From positions 496,001-560,000 of the forward strand of contig JANHCV010000007.1 in NCBI GenBank assembly GCA_025594325.1: a DNA stretch of 64,000 bases. Direction: 5' to 3'. Under the pieces are notes generated by a model. The model had not been told where the DNA came from. It ran no database searches and saw only the letters and a list, made by a program, of their open reading frames with translations. The position numbers were made by a program, and so were the translations under genes. Numbering within the stretch: the stretch's first letter is position 1; every line of letters starts with the position of its first letter. The stretch is from Blastocladiella emersonii ATCC 22665. Taxonomy: Eukaryota; Fungi; Blastocladiomycota. Below are positions 46,155-56,849 of the stretch, in pieces.

Positions 46155-47510
46155 AAACGTGTCAATCGATGCAGGACCCGGTGGCGGAGCAGGCGGAGGA
46201 GGCACGGTTGCAGATGCGGTAGGCGGAGGTGCAGGACCAGAAGGCGAAAGCGACCTGGGTGCGACCGTTGAGGACAAGGTGGTCGAAGTAAGTGCAGTGC
46301 TTACATGCGCGTTGAACGGTGGCACGCGTGTTGAAAGTTCAGAGCGGTGGTAGGGTCTCTGTTGATGAGGGCGAGCCACAGGGCTGAGAGAGAGGATGGG
46401 TCGCGCAGATCTGCGGCGGACAGCGACAGCGACGCGAGCAGTCCATGGTATGCGTCGATCAGCTCATGGAGCTTCTTTCTGACAGACTCAGGGGCGCGTG
46501 TATGAGCAGAATGCTGAGCGAGCCATGCGGCAGCGTGTCGAGCGGCAGCAGCGCGGTGGCCGTGCGACGCGAAGGTGGCGTGGTTGCTCGAGTCGGGGCA
46601 AAGCCAGTCGACGAGGCGGTCACACTCCTCCGCGGTCCACCTTGGCCGACTCTCGTGTTGCGGCATGTTACAGCCGCTCAAGCTTTCGTTTCGTGGAGGA
46701 GAAGTGGAGTGCGCAACGTCGCCCGAGCCAAAGTCGCGAGCAAGCCGCAAAACGCGTTCAGCCACAGTCACGTGACATGTACGACGTGATGCAGGGCTTT
46801 GCCCTGAAATATTGGGTGGCCCCTTTGAAAGTCTCGGTCTATGTCACGTGCTTTTGGCGGATTTCACTTGGTTTCATCAAGTCGTACATGTCACGTGACT
46901 GTGGCTGAACGCGTTTTGCGGCTTGCTCGCGACTTTGGCTCGGGCGACGTTGCGCACTCCACTTCTCCTCCACGAAACGAAAGCTTGAGCGGCTGTAACA
47001 TGCCGCAACACGAGAGTCGGCCAAGGTGGACCGCGGAGGAGTGTGACCGCCTCGTCGACTGGCTTTGCCCCGACTCGAGCAACCACGCCACCTTCGCGTC
47101 GCACGGCCACCGCGCTGCTGCCGCTCGACACGCTGCCGCATGGCTCGCTCAGCATTCTGCTCATACACGCGCCCCTGAGTCTGTCAGAAAGAAGCTCCAT
47201 GAGCTGATCGACGCATACCATGGACTGCTCGCGTCGCTGTCGCTGTCCGCCGCAGATCTGCGCGACCCATCCTCTCTCTCAGCCCTGTGGCTCGCCCTCA
47301 TCAACAGAGACCCTACCACCGCTCTGAACTTTCAACACGCGTGCCACCGTTCAACGCGCATGTAAGCACTGCACTTACTTCGACCACCTTGTCCTCAACG
47401 GTCGCACCCAGGTCGCTTTCGCCTTCTGGTCCTGCACCTCCGCCTACCGCATCTGCAACCGTGCCTCCACCACCTGCTCCGCCACCGGGTCTGGCGTTGA
47501 TTGTCACATT
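46155..47510. repeat. Large near-perfect palindrome: arms of about 620 bp, 83-bp spacer (46792-46874)
   Basis: Positions pair with sum 93666. Identical ORFs lie on opposite strands (46301-46666 minus, 47000-47365 plus). Arms diverge only at the outer ends. Confidence 0.95.
47000..47365 (+). CDS. Myb/SANT-like (trihelix) DNA-binding ORF, transposon-type; inverted duplicate at 46301-46666
   Basis: RPRWTAEECDRLVDWL...AAAWLAQ...RAPESVRKKLHELIDAY. 121 aa, probably truncated. Confidence 0.55.
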   Translation: MPQHESRPRWTAEECDRLVDWLCPDSSNHATFASHGHRAAAARHAAAWLAQHSAHTRAPESVRKKLHELIDAYHGLLASLSLSAADLRDPSSLSALWLALINRDPTTALNFQHACHRSTRM

Positions 47511-47990
47511 TGGGCTTGCCTCATCATGTCACGTGAGTGGCTGAACGCGTCCCCTCGCCCTTTCTCCCTCGCGCGCCCTCGCTGAATCAAAGTCAACCCG
47601 CAATAAATATGTACTCTGTTGTTGCTTCTTCATGTGTCAATGACGTTTCTTGGTTGCTGTGCGACTTTAGCCGCACCCGCGCCAAGTTGGCGGTTCACCT
47701 TACGTGTTACCTTGTCACTGTCGCTCTGCGCAGCATGTTATGCGGTAACAGCAGCAGCAGCGCGGCTGAGTTGAGTCGCAGCCCCTGATCCTTGCCTTGA
47801 TCGTGTCGCGATAGAGATGAGCAACCATATGTTGGGGCAGAATCTCGACAGGAACGCAATAGTTTCGCTATGACGAATTCAGCGTAGTCTGAGCTAACTC
47901 AACTCGTTTGTTTGTCGACTCTCAAGCGCAGCACTCGATCATCATCTCTTCTTCAATCAGTGTTGCGTGGCGCGGCGTCGCTCAGCGACG

Positions 47991-48877
47991 GAACGAGGCG
48001 ACGCTGGCAATCAACGCAACGAGGCAACGCTGATCATGAAAGCAACGAGGCAACGCTGATCATGAACGCAACAAGGCGACGCTGATTACGAACTCAACAA
48101 GGCGACGCTGATTACGAACTCAACAAGGTGACGCTGGTCGTAGACACAACGCGGCGCTGATTGTCAACCCAATAAGGCAACGCTGATCATCAACGCAACG
48201 CAACGAGGCGACGCTGGTCATTGACGCAACGAGGCGCTGCTGATCACGAACTCAACAAGGACGCGTTGGACTTGAACTCAACGAGGCGACGCTGACCAAC
48301 AACTCACCAAAGCGGCGCTTGTCATTGACGCAACGAGGTGACGCTGGTCATCGACGCAACAAGGTGACGCTGGTCATCGACGCAACAAGGCGACGCTGGT
48401 CATCAACGCAACAAGGCGACGCTGGTCATCGACGCAACAAGGCGACGCTCGCCATCAACGCAACAAGGCGACGCTAGTCATCGACACAACGAGCTGACGC
48501 TGATCATTAATGCAACAAGGCGACGTTGATCACGACCCAACAAGGCGACGCTGATCACAACGCAACGAGGTGACGCTGGTCGTCAATGCAACAACGCTGG
48601 TCGTCAACGCAACGAGGTGACGCTGAGCTTTGACGCAACAAGGCGACGCTGAACTTCAACGCAACAAGACGACGCTGAACTCCAACTGAACAAGGCGACG
48701 CTGGACATCAACGCAACAAGGCGATGCTCATCGTCAACCCAACAAGGCGGCGCTGATCATTGACCCAACAAGTCGACGCTGGTCATCAATCGACGCTGGT
48801 CATCAACACAACAAGGCGACGTTGAACTTCAACCCAACAAAGCGGCGCTGATAATCAACTCGACGAAGCGACGCTGG
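47991..48877. repeat. 26-bp minisatellite, about 34 degenerate copies
   Basis: Consensus CAACAAGGCGACGCTGGTCATCGACG. The period is not a multiple of 3 and there is no long ORF. Confidence 0.95.
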
Positions 48878-49036
48878 CCGCCTTAAAAAAAAATTTTCAT
48901 CGACCTCGCCATCATGCGCAACCTGAACATCACCGTGCCCGGAGCGCAGGGTCGGCAAGCGTCCGCATGCATGCCGGGAGGCGGGCGAGTTGCACGATTT
49001 GGTCAGGGAGTGCGAGAGCGTGCGCGGCGCAAGTCT

Positions 49037-49184
49037 GGGCAAGGGCGAGAGGGCAAAGCCCTGCGCCGGTGCCAGCCGAAGGCTGTGTGACGGCAAATGA
49101 AACCAAGTGAAATCCGCCAAAAGCACGTGACTCAGGACAGACTTTCGAAGGGGTCACCCAATATTTCAGGGCAAAGCCCTGCAT
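49037..49184. repeat. Right hairpin terminus plus an inverted copy of the palindrome spacer
   Basis: 49037-49099 is the reverse complement of 42998-43059. 49100-49184 is a diverged reverse complement of 46790-46874. Confidence 0.9.
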
Positions 49185-49265
49185 GCGACCATGCTATCGA
49201 CCCGCTCGATACCTGCGACCTCGTGCAACCGCCTGCACCACCACCCCTCGCCCTCCATGTAACTC

Positions 49266-50760
49266 ATGTCGACGCGCATCCGCCCGCACCACCACGGGCC
49301 CGCGCCGCTCGGCGACTTCAACAGTATGCGTCTCTTGCCTTCTCCTCCCCCGCGACCTGCATCTGCAGTCATGCCTCGAGTCCGCCGACACGCCCTGCAC
49401 GCGTCGACGGGACTCGCGCCCGCTGCGCTCGATGTCCACGCCGCGTTCCCACGCCTTTCGCGCCGGCTGTCCGTTCGCTCACTGACGCACTCACCTTACG
49501 ACCGCTTTGCCCTGTTTCTTAGCCTTCGACGAGCACCTCGAGCACCTCAAGCTACAACGGCTCTAGTGGGGTCCGCGGAGACGCGTCGGCGTCGATCCTG
49601 ACCAAGTTCGCGGCATGGCACGCGGTGTGCGACTCAGCCTACTTCTCCCATCGGCCGAGACTAACACGTTTGCGGCCGCCATGAATAGGGCGCCGAGTAC
49701 GCCAAGTCGCGGCGACAAGGGCCGCCCCTCGACTATCGCGTCGACTCGCGCTCGAAGCGCTCAAGCCCGCGCGGTACCTCAACTATGATCAAGAACACGC
49801 GGCCGCGGCGAGGTCTCGCTGCTCGGGTCGTCGCTGGCCTCAAGCACGCGCTCGGCTGCACGTGCGAGTCCCAGTTCGAGGCATGCGACTCGGTCGGCGT
49901 CCTCGCGGACCGACACTGACACGGCCGGCTCGAGTAGGTCATCAAGTACACCACGCTGCAGCGGCAAGACTCGCCTCGTCGTCTTTCCTCGTGACGCGCC
50001 TGAGGTCAAGCGGTACGGACCCCATCCCTCATGCACTCGTCGTGATTAATCGCCCGGCACGTCGGCGCTGTCCGGCTCTACCCCACGCGAGCTGGTGCGC
50101 TCGGGTTCTGACCTGGTGCCTGCCGACACGACCCGCTCGCCCAACACCTTCTTGATCATCGCTCACTCGTCGCCGCCACGTCACCCATAGGCTCGATCTA
50201 CCACGACAAGCTGCTGCGGGGCTCGCCCACCGACTGGTCGGCGCTGCCCTCGAGCCCGCACTCGGCCGCGTACTCGTTCATGGTCAAGGTCTGCGACCCG
50301 GTCCGACCTTCCTGTATCCCGACTCCTGGTTGACCGTGACGCATTCGCAGTAGCTGAACAAGCCGGGCTCCTGCTGCACTCGCTGTCGAGTCGGGTTGCG
50401 TTCACGGCCGGGTCAAGAATTCGGACTCACGCTGACGTACGAGATCAACTCGGTCCCCGCGCGTCCCCACCACCTGCTGCTCGAGTACCTCCTCAAGTCA
50501 ACCAGCTGCACCGCGCGCCGCTGCCCTCGCCGACCGCCTTCAAGGTCCACCTGCTCGAGTCGGCCGTCGAGCAGCTCAAGTCCATCAACAACGCGAGCAG
50601 TAAAGAAGCAGGGCTGACGGCGACCGCGGCCAAGGCAACGGAGCTCGCGACATGCGCTGCGGCCGGCCTCCCGCGTGCGAGCCAACGCGACGCTCGTCGC
50701 ACGCACAAGTCGCCGACCAAGCTGCGGCCTTCGTCGTCGGCTCTTCCTGTCCCTCCCACC
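49266..50760 (+). pseudogene. Degraded intron-rich gene fragment of unknown identity inside the TIR element
   Basis: Host-like GC3 exon-like blocks (LKHALGCTCESQFEACD; SIYHDKLLRGSPTDW; EFGLTLTYEINSVPARPHHLLLEYLL) separated by GT...CTGAC...AG segments, with stops and frameshifts. Confidence 0.4.
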
Positions 50761-51117
50761 TCATCCTGCGCGTGCGGCCGCGTATATATATCAAATTGCG
50801 TCTCATTCGGTGTGTCGTTCAAGGTCAGGACTGGGTCATGCGAGTGATCGTTCGACGCTTGCAGCGGGCCCGATCAACATGTTACTTTTATCAATCAGGC
50901 GGGAAAAGATCTCGTTCGATAGTTGTTCGAGTGGTCACACGACGCGTCGTTCAAGTGCACGTGCAAACTTGATCGACGCATCAGGCCAGATCGATCAAAG
51001 GGTCAATCGGAAAAGTAACATATCGGGTCGACGTCGATCGACTTGCTCTGGGTCCGACCCATTCAAAGGGTGGATCGATGGTCGATCGATTTTATTTGAC
51101 TGGGGTGCGGTTTGGTG

Positions 51118-51797
51118 ATGCATCGGCGACCACGGATGCGTGGATTGAGATGCTGGTCAGTTTGACACTACGCAAAGTAGGTATGATTGGCAAGGAAACC
51201 AAGGTCGAGCTGGAGTTGTCCGCCCAATTAGAGCCACGAACGTAGTAGTTGAACTCGAAGTTTCGCAGGAGCGGAAGCGTCAAATGCCTCAGATCGAAGT
51301 TGAGCTCGCTCTGAGTCATGTCGTTCCCGGTTCCGTGTGTGTTGATGCTGAAGCTGCGGAGCAATCCCGCAAGCGAGTTGAAAATGTTGGTCAGCGAGGT
51401 ACTGGAAACAAAGGTGTTGTGGAGGCCGAGATAGCGCAAAGCTGGCATCCACGACGCGCGAAGCAGATTGTGCGCGAGTTGCGACTGCACCTTGGGGTCT
51501 GGCATCGTTCCCATATTGAGGGTGAGCCTTGACAAGAAAGCAATATCGTGGAAAGGCTTGGCTGCAGCTGGCTGCGAGGAACCGGTTCTGTCAACCGCGC
51601 GCTTGAGGAGCCATGGCCAGTCCCGTGAAGTTGCATGTCACGGCACGCATCACACGGCCAGACAGCCGAAGCGTGAACCGTGATGGCAAAAAGGTTGGAA
51701 CGACCATTTGTGTTAGAAACTATCCAAGAGCTCTCACGCCAGAGCACTCGGCGAACAATTGCGTGCAAGTCACGACTAGCCGTGCCAAGGTCACTTG
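51118..51797 (-). pseudogene. F-box/LRR family 2 internal fragment (F3)
   Basis: LGTASRDLHAIVRRVLWRESSW...ASWMPALRYL...LVSLPIIPTLRSVKLTSISIH. Cut at its 5' side by the LTR and at its 3' side by the TIR element. Confidence 0.8.
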
Positions 51798-53409
51798 AAT
51801 TGAAGCGTACAGGTGCAGGGTGCGAGAGGAAGGTTGAGCACGATGCACGGAAGGCTGAGGAGATGATGGAGACGGTGATGGACACGGCGAAGGAGGTAGA
51901 CACAGAAGGGAGGGAAGGGTGTATAACGACGGCTAATAGTAGCAGCGATCCAGAACAAAACAAGAGGGAGCGGAGACGCCCGCTCGAGGTGAGCGTGCGA
52001 CCCCCACAGCAGCAAACCGCGCATTTCTTAGAGCGAGAACACAGGCAAAAGCAGGCACTTTTTGAACAGGAAGAAGTTCTTATTTTTCTTAGCCCTTGGC
52101 AACGCCGCCATCCGGTGCCGCGAGCGGGCGATCCCGCCGCCAGCTCGCGCGCGCGAGATTAGGTCGGTCATGAGGATCCGAAACATGATGATTGCGGATC
52201 GATCGCGCGCACCGGGTCGCGTTCCCGCGCTTCCGCTGCCGCCCCCGCTGCACCACTCGCGCGGGTAGGGTCCCTCCTCGAGCAGGGCCACCCGCCCGAC
52301 ACGCGCGCGCACCCCACCCACCCCGCCGCCCGCGACCCGCACAGCCAGCGGCAGCGACTCGCACACGCAACGGCGGCGGCCGTCCCGAAGATGGCGCGCC
52401 TTGCGCGAGCGGTCCGCTCGCGCGGTTGTTGAGGACGACGGTGGCGACGATCGCGAACTGGACCTGGACGTGTCGATGCAGACGCCGTGCTGGAGGACGA
52501 TGGGCGAGGAGAGCGGTGAGTCGGCGATCCGAAGAGCGAGCTTGCGCGAGTAGATGGGGACGTACGTCAAGGATCACGAGCGGGTGGAGCGAGCTGGGAC
52601 AGACGAGCGACGTGTCGCGGCGCGGAAGGCATCTACACGCAGAGGAGAACGCGATCCGTTAGCCGGCGGTCGTGGCGAGCGAGCGGTCGGCGGCGGGGCA
52701 GCGTACCGTGAAGAACGCCTGGCGCGAGCGCGCACGGTTGCGAGGGAGTCCTGCTGTGACGTCTACATGGTTGGTGGTCAGCACGCGTGGCCGCCGTTTG
52801 GGACTCCATGAGGGCATGTACCACTCGAGCATCGTGGTGGGCGAGGGCGAGGGCGAGGTGAAGAGCGCGAGATGGGCAATGGCCGCGGTCGGCTTTTATG
52901 TCCGTGGCCAGCGACCGAGGCGGGCAGCGGGGCGCGGTGGGGCGCGGCGACCACCGTGGCCGTGCGCACGGATTTCGCAAAGGACCGGCGAAGGACCCTG
53001 GGCAAGCGGGCCGTGTTGCGTCATCGTGACGTGAAGGAGCAGGGCGCCCGAAGTCGCGCGCGCTCGCGCTCAAGCTGCCGCCGCGCCAGCCCGCGGGCGT
53101 TTCAGGCCGCGCCGCCTCGCGCAATTCACGCGCGCGACCGCCGCTGCGCACGCTAGGCACCTCAAAGGATATGGGCGGCCTTTCTCCGCCTTGCTCCGCC
53201 GCACGCGCCGCGGCGGCAGCGCTGCGCCCAGGCAGCTCCCCCTCACTTTTCTTAAGATTCTTACCTAAGGAAAGGGCCATCTGCTGCTGTGCCCGCGGCG
53301 AGGCAGTCCGCCGGCGGTGATTGGAGTGACACCGGCGGCATGTGCCACTCGCGTGATTGCCTGACGCGTCTCTCGCGGTCGGGCCAGCGTGCGCGTGTGT
53401 ACTTGAACT
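51798..53409 (-). mobile_element. 3' LTR (1.6 kb, may include nested DNA) of a Ty1/copia element, termini AGTT...AATT
   Basis: Begins AGTTCAAGTACAC directly after PPT GGGGGAG and ends GTACGCTTCAATT. The first 13 nt and the last roughly 150 nt resemble the solo LTR at 19071-19447. Confidence 0.7.
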
Positions 53410-53731
53410 CTCCCCCGACTGCTGGTCGAGGGGGAGCCTACGCCTTGGTGATGTCGCGCTTGGCGAGCGGGTGCGGGTGAAGGCCGAGTTGGGACACAGC
53501 CCAGTCAAACGTGCTCACAATGGGCTTGGTGAAGAAGTTGGCGAGGTTGTTCTCGGACGCGACCTTGTTGATCAAGATCACGCCCATGTCGACCTTTTCG
53601 TGGATGAAGGCGATGCGGACCGCGATGTGCTTGACCAAGCGGTACATGGCAACGGTGTTGTCAGTGGTGGCAATGAGTGGCGCGTTGTCCTCCTGCAGGA
53701 CAATCGTGCCGAGTGTGGTGTGCGCCATCAA
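53410..53731 (-). mobile_element. Ty1/copia RNase H C-terminal remnant plus polypurine tract
   Basis: IVLQEDNAPLI...KHIAVRIAFIHEKV...SENNLANFFTKPI...LG matches the copia RNase H pattern DN...KHIDxxxHFxRE...ADxxTKPL. PPT GGGGGAG at 53410-53416. Confidence 0.85.
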
Positions 53732-55800
53732 TCACATCAATCTTTTCTGAGACGAGCAGGCCCATTTGAAGACGGTTTCCGAGAATCAGGTCCCACGAGA
53801 ACGTGGCCGCATCGAGTACCAGCGGGCCCGTGACATGTATCACAATCGGGCACAACATTGTGGCATGAAGCAAGCGTGGGGACGTCCTGACAAGGTGCGC
53901 AAGTAAATCCATTGATAAGGCGAGGGAAGGTTGTCTGCCTATCGCTGGAATGCAATCCATGCCAATGCACTCGAAAACGATGCGAACGGCGCGTGGAAAC
54001 TGAGCCAGCGGCCCCAGGAGTCATCGGTGTTGCGCGAACAGCTTCCATTTCATGGGAGGACAGCCGATGGTAGCGCGAATCACGTTTGGAAAGCTGACAG
54101 ATGCGAGCGGGGCGAGCCACGCGTGGGGGACCTTGAGGTGCTCAAGGCAAGAGATCGTAGGGTCAAGCTTTGGTATCTCGGGGCCCCAAAGCGAAATGAA
54201 GTCGATGGCGGCCCACTCGACAACCAATTGCTTGAGGTTTGCCAGCGTGAATAAATCAAGATGCGGGGTTGGCAGGGGGTTTGGCGGCACCGACGCCGCT
54301 GGCGCTGTGGCTTCCAAGGAGAGGTCGGGCGGCGTGTAGAGCTTGATGTCCAGCGTCTCAAGTCGGTGCCACGGCCACTGAGAGTATTCAGCAACGCCCC
54401 GCATAAAAGCGTCACGGGTACACCACGAGGTTAGTATTGGAGCCGCTATCAGTTGGGCAGCATCCCATGGAGCAGTAAGCTCGCGCAAACATGCCAAGGG
54501 GAGCACGTCGCCATTATCAAAAGCCGCGGACACTTCGACAACAGAACATTCAAGCTCAAGCTGCTTGAGCACAGGCATTGACCGAAGCACCTGAGAAACT
54601 TTAGACCACGTGGCGTCCACAATGTGGCCAATCTGCAGACTGCGCAACTGGGTCATGCGGCTCAAGCCGAGGATCGTGTTGTTGTCAAGTGGAACCAAGT
54701 TTTGAAACAGCGGCCAGAGCACAAACGTGCGAAGCCGGCCGGCGAACGGGATCTTGTCGAGCGGGGGAAGCTGGAACTCGACGTTGACCGCAATGGTCTT
54801 TGGACAAAGTCCTGTCACGTTTGGTGGTACAGGCAACACAAGTTTTGCCCCGTCCCACTGCCGGGCATGAAGGTTGACGCTGTTCAGCGGACGAGCGCGC
54901 GCGCGGTGCACAGAGTGAGGCAAGGACCTGGACGTGGATCGACATGCTGGTCAATTTGACGTTGTGCAAGGCAGGCATGGTTGGCAAGGAGACCAGAGTC
55001 GACGCGGCGTCACCCAGTCCCCGGCTGCCATGAACGCGATAGTTGAAATGAAAGCATTGAAGGTGCGGGAGTGTCATGCGTGCCAAGTCGAAAACGAGAT
55101 CTGTTTGCGTAAATTCGTGCCTGCTACTGTGAGCATTGATGGCAAAGACGCGCAGTGACCCCGCAAGGGATTCGAGAATATTGGCAAGAGAGATGCCCGA
55201 AATAAACGTGTCTTGGAGAGTAAGAGTGCGAAGCGGAGGCATCCATGTCGCGCAAATGAGCCCGTGAACGATTTGTCCTTGCATTTCGGGTTCCCGCGTC
55301 ATTCCGACTCGGAGCGTGAGTTTTGAGAGAGCAGCAAAGTCGGCAACTATATTGGGTTTGGCGACTGGCTGACTCGTCATTGAGCCGTAGGAAGACGGCG
55401 CAGGCGCGGACTTGATCAAAAGCGCACCAGTCTCAAGAAACACGTACTCGCGAGATGCTTCGCACGGCCAGATATCCAAGGCGTGAAGCGCGCCGTTGAA
55501 GAGATTACAGGAACTTTCAGAACTCGAAAACATCCAGTGGCTCTCGCGGCACACAACGCGATGGACGCGAGCACGGAGGTCGCGGCTCGCGGCACCGAGT
55601 TGGAGAAGTGTGATCAGCTCGACAGAGCCGCTATGCCGAGAGTCTCCATGATCTTGCGCGGATGCGCGCGCTTCTCGGCCAAGATAGAAGGCGACGCGTT
55701 CTAGTATGCGAAAGGGCAGCAAGGCGCTGGAATTGTCACTCGCAAAAGCGCCGTCGCCCTGGACTGAGCTTCGTCGAGTCTGGGATCGCAATGCATGAGC
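53730..55800 (-). pseudogene. F-box/LRR family 2 copy F4, several frameshifts, 3' end fused to the copia remnant
   Basis: LLPFRILERVAFYL...LLQLGAASRDLRARV. Frame changes near 55720, 54900 and 54020. Ends abruptly at about 53730. Confidence 0.8.
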
Positions 55801-55930
55801 TTATCGTTGATTCAGATTCACGCCGATGGCAACAGTGGAGAGCAGAGCACGGACGAGCGAGCGGTGAGAGTTCAGGGATCGTTCGCGACGACGAAGTAGT
55901 GCGAGGAGGTGGATCTCGGTCGCCGTGTAC

Positions 55931-55965
55931 ACGAGAAGACGAGAAGACGAGAAGACGAGAAGACG
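55931..55965. repeat. (ACGAGAAG)4 tandem repeat
   Basis: Four exact 8-bp units plus a partial unit. Confidence 0.9.
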
Positions 55966-56849
55966 GCGCGGCGCGACCACGGAACGTAACCTTCCGCGGC
56001 AGAGGTTCCCAATGGTGGCGGCAGCGCAAACACTAGAGAATAGATCCGCGGCCACGACTGGATCACGACCGCGAACCGACCCGACGCGGCGAAGAGGCAG
56101 AAGGTCCAGCACAACGAGGGTGCTGACCAACGCCAGGGCGCGGGCGGCGGCCGGTACTTATCGTGGTCGTGGGCGAGGCGAGGCCGCTGCTGGCGGAGGC
56201 GGGCGAGGGGCGCCGAGCACTGCGGTGCGGCAGCGACGATCGAGTCGAACAGGATGGGCAGATGATCTTGGGGCACGGCGCGAGCGGGCCGAGCGGGTTG
56301 GGGCACACGGCGCGGGATCATGGGGCGAGAAGCGCGCGAGCACGCGAGTTGAGGGTCGGTACACGGGCGGGGACGCAGCGCGTGATGCGCCGAGTGGCAC
56401 GGCGGGTGAACACGGCCGAGATGAGGAACACGGGGTAGCGGCGGAACGGGGCCGGGGCGCGCGAGAAGGCGCGATCGGGTGGTCGGCGGCGCCACATCAC
56501 GTGCGATATGCGAGACAGCGTCGAGACAGAAAAAAGAGAGAGGAGGAAGCGTGTAGACAGGGAGCGAGCCACCCACTCACAGCGGGAAGATGCGGATTTT
56601 GAGTGGGAGCGCCCACGTGCCCGCAGCTGGTGTGGCGCATGTGGCGCAACGCGACTTGAAGCGCCTGCCGCAAGGGCCCGCTTGAACTCAGTCATGTCAG
56701 CGCCACGCCGACGACGAAAAACAATGATTTTTACTCGTGAGAAATGGACACGCGAATCATTGGGCAAAAATTCCTTGAACTTGGTGAATCAGGCGATAAT
56801 GCATTGGCCGCGGGCCGCTGCCTCGCTGATCACGAGGGACTCGAATTGA

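Larger units (their letters stand above)
41784..51117. mobile_element. 9.3-kb composite TIR DNA transposon (CMC/CACTA/Plavaka-like, inferred), non-autonomous
   Basis: Ends CACCAAACCGC...GCGGTTTGGTG, each flanked by AT. About 250 bp of collinear degenerate inverted subterminal motifs rich in TCGATCGA (e.g. CTCGAACgACTcATCGAACGAG, GATTGATAAAA). The right end truncates gene F3. Confidence 0.65.

Noticed and set aside
47991-48877. CRISPR array
   Set aside because: The DNA is eukaryotic, the period is only 26 bp, the variable parts are about 10 nt and resemble each other, and there are no cas genes. It is a minisatellite.
55860-56600. Another LTR or insertion upstream of F4
   Set aside because: It is GC-rich with a short microsatellite and faint similarity to the 52.8 kb region, but no termini or TSD could be defined.
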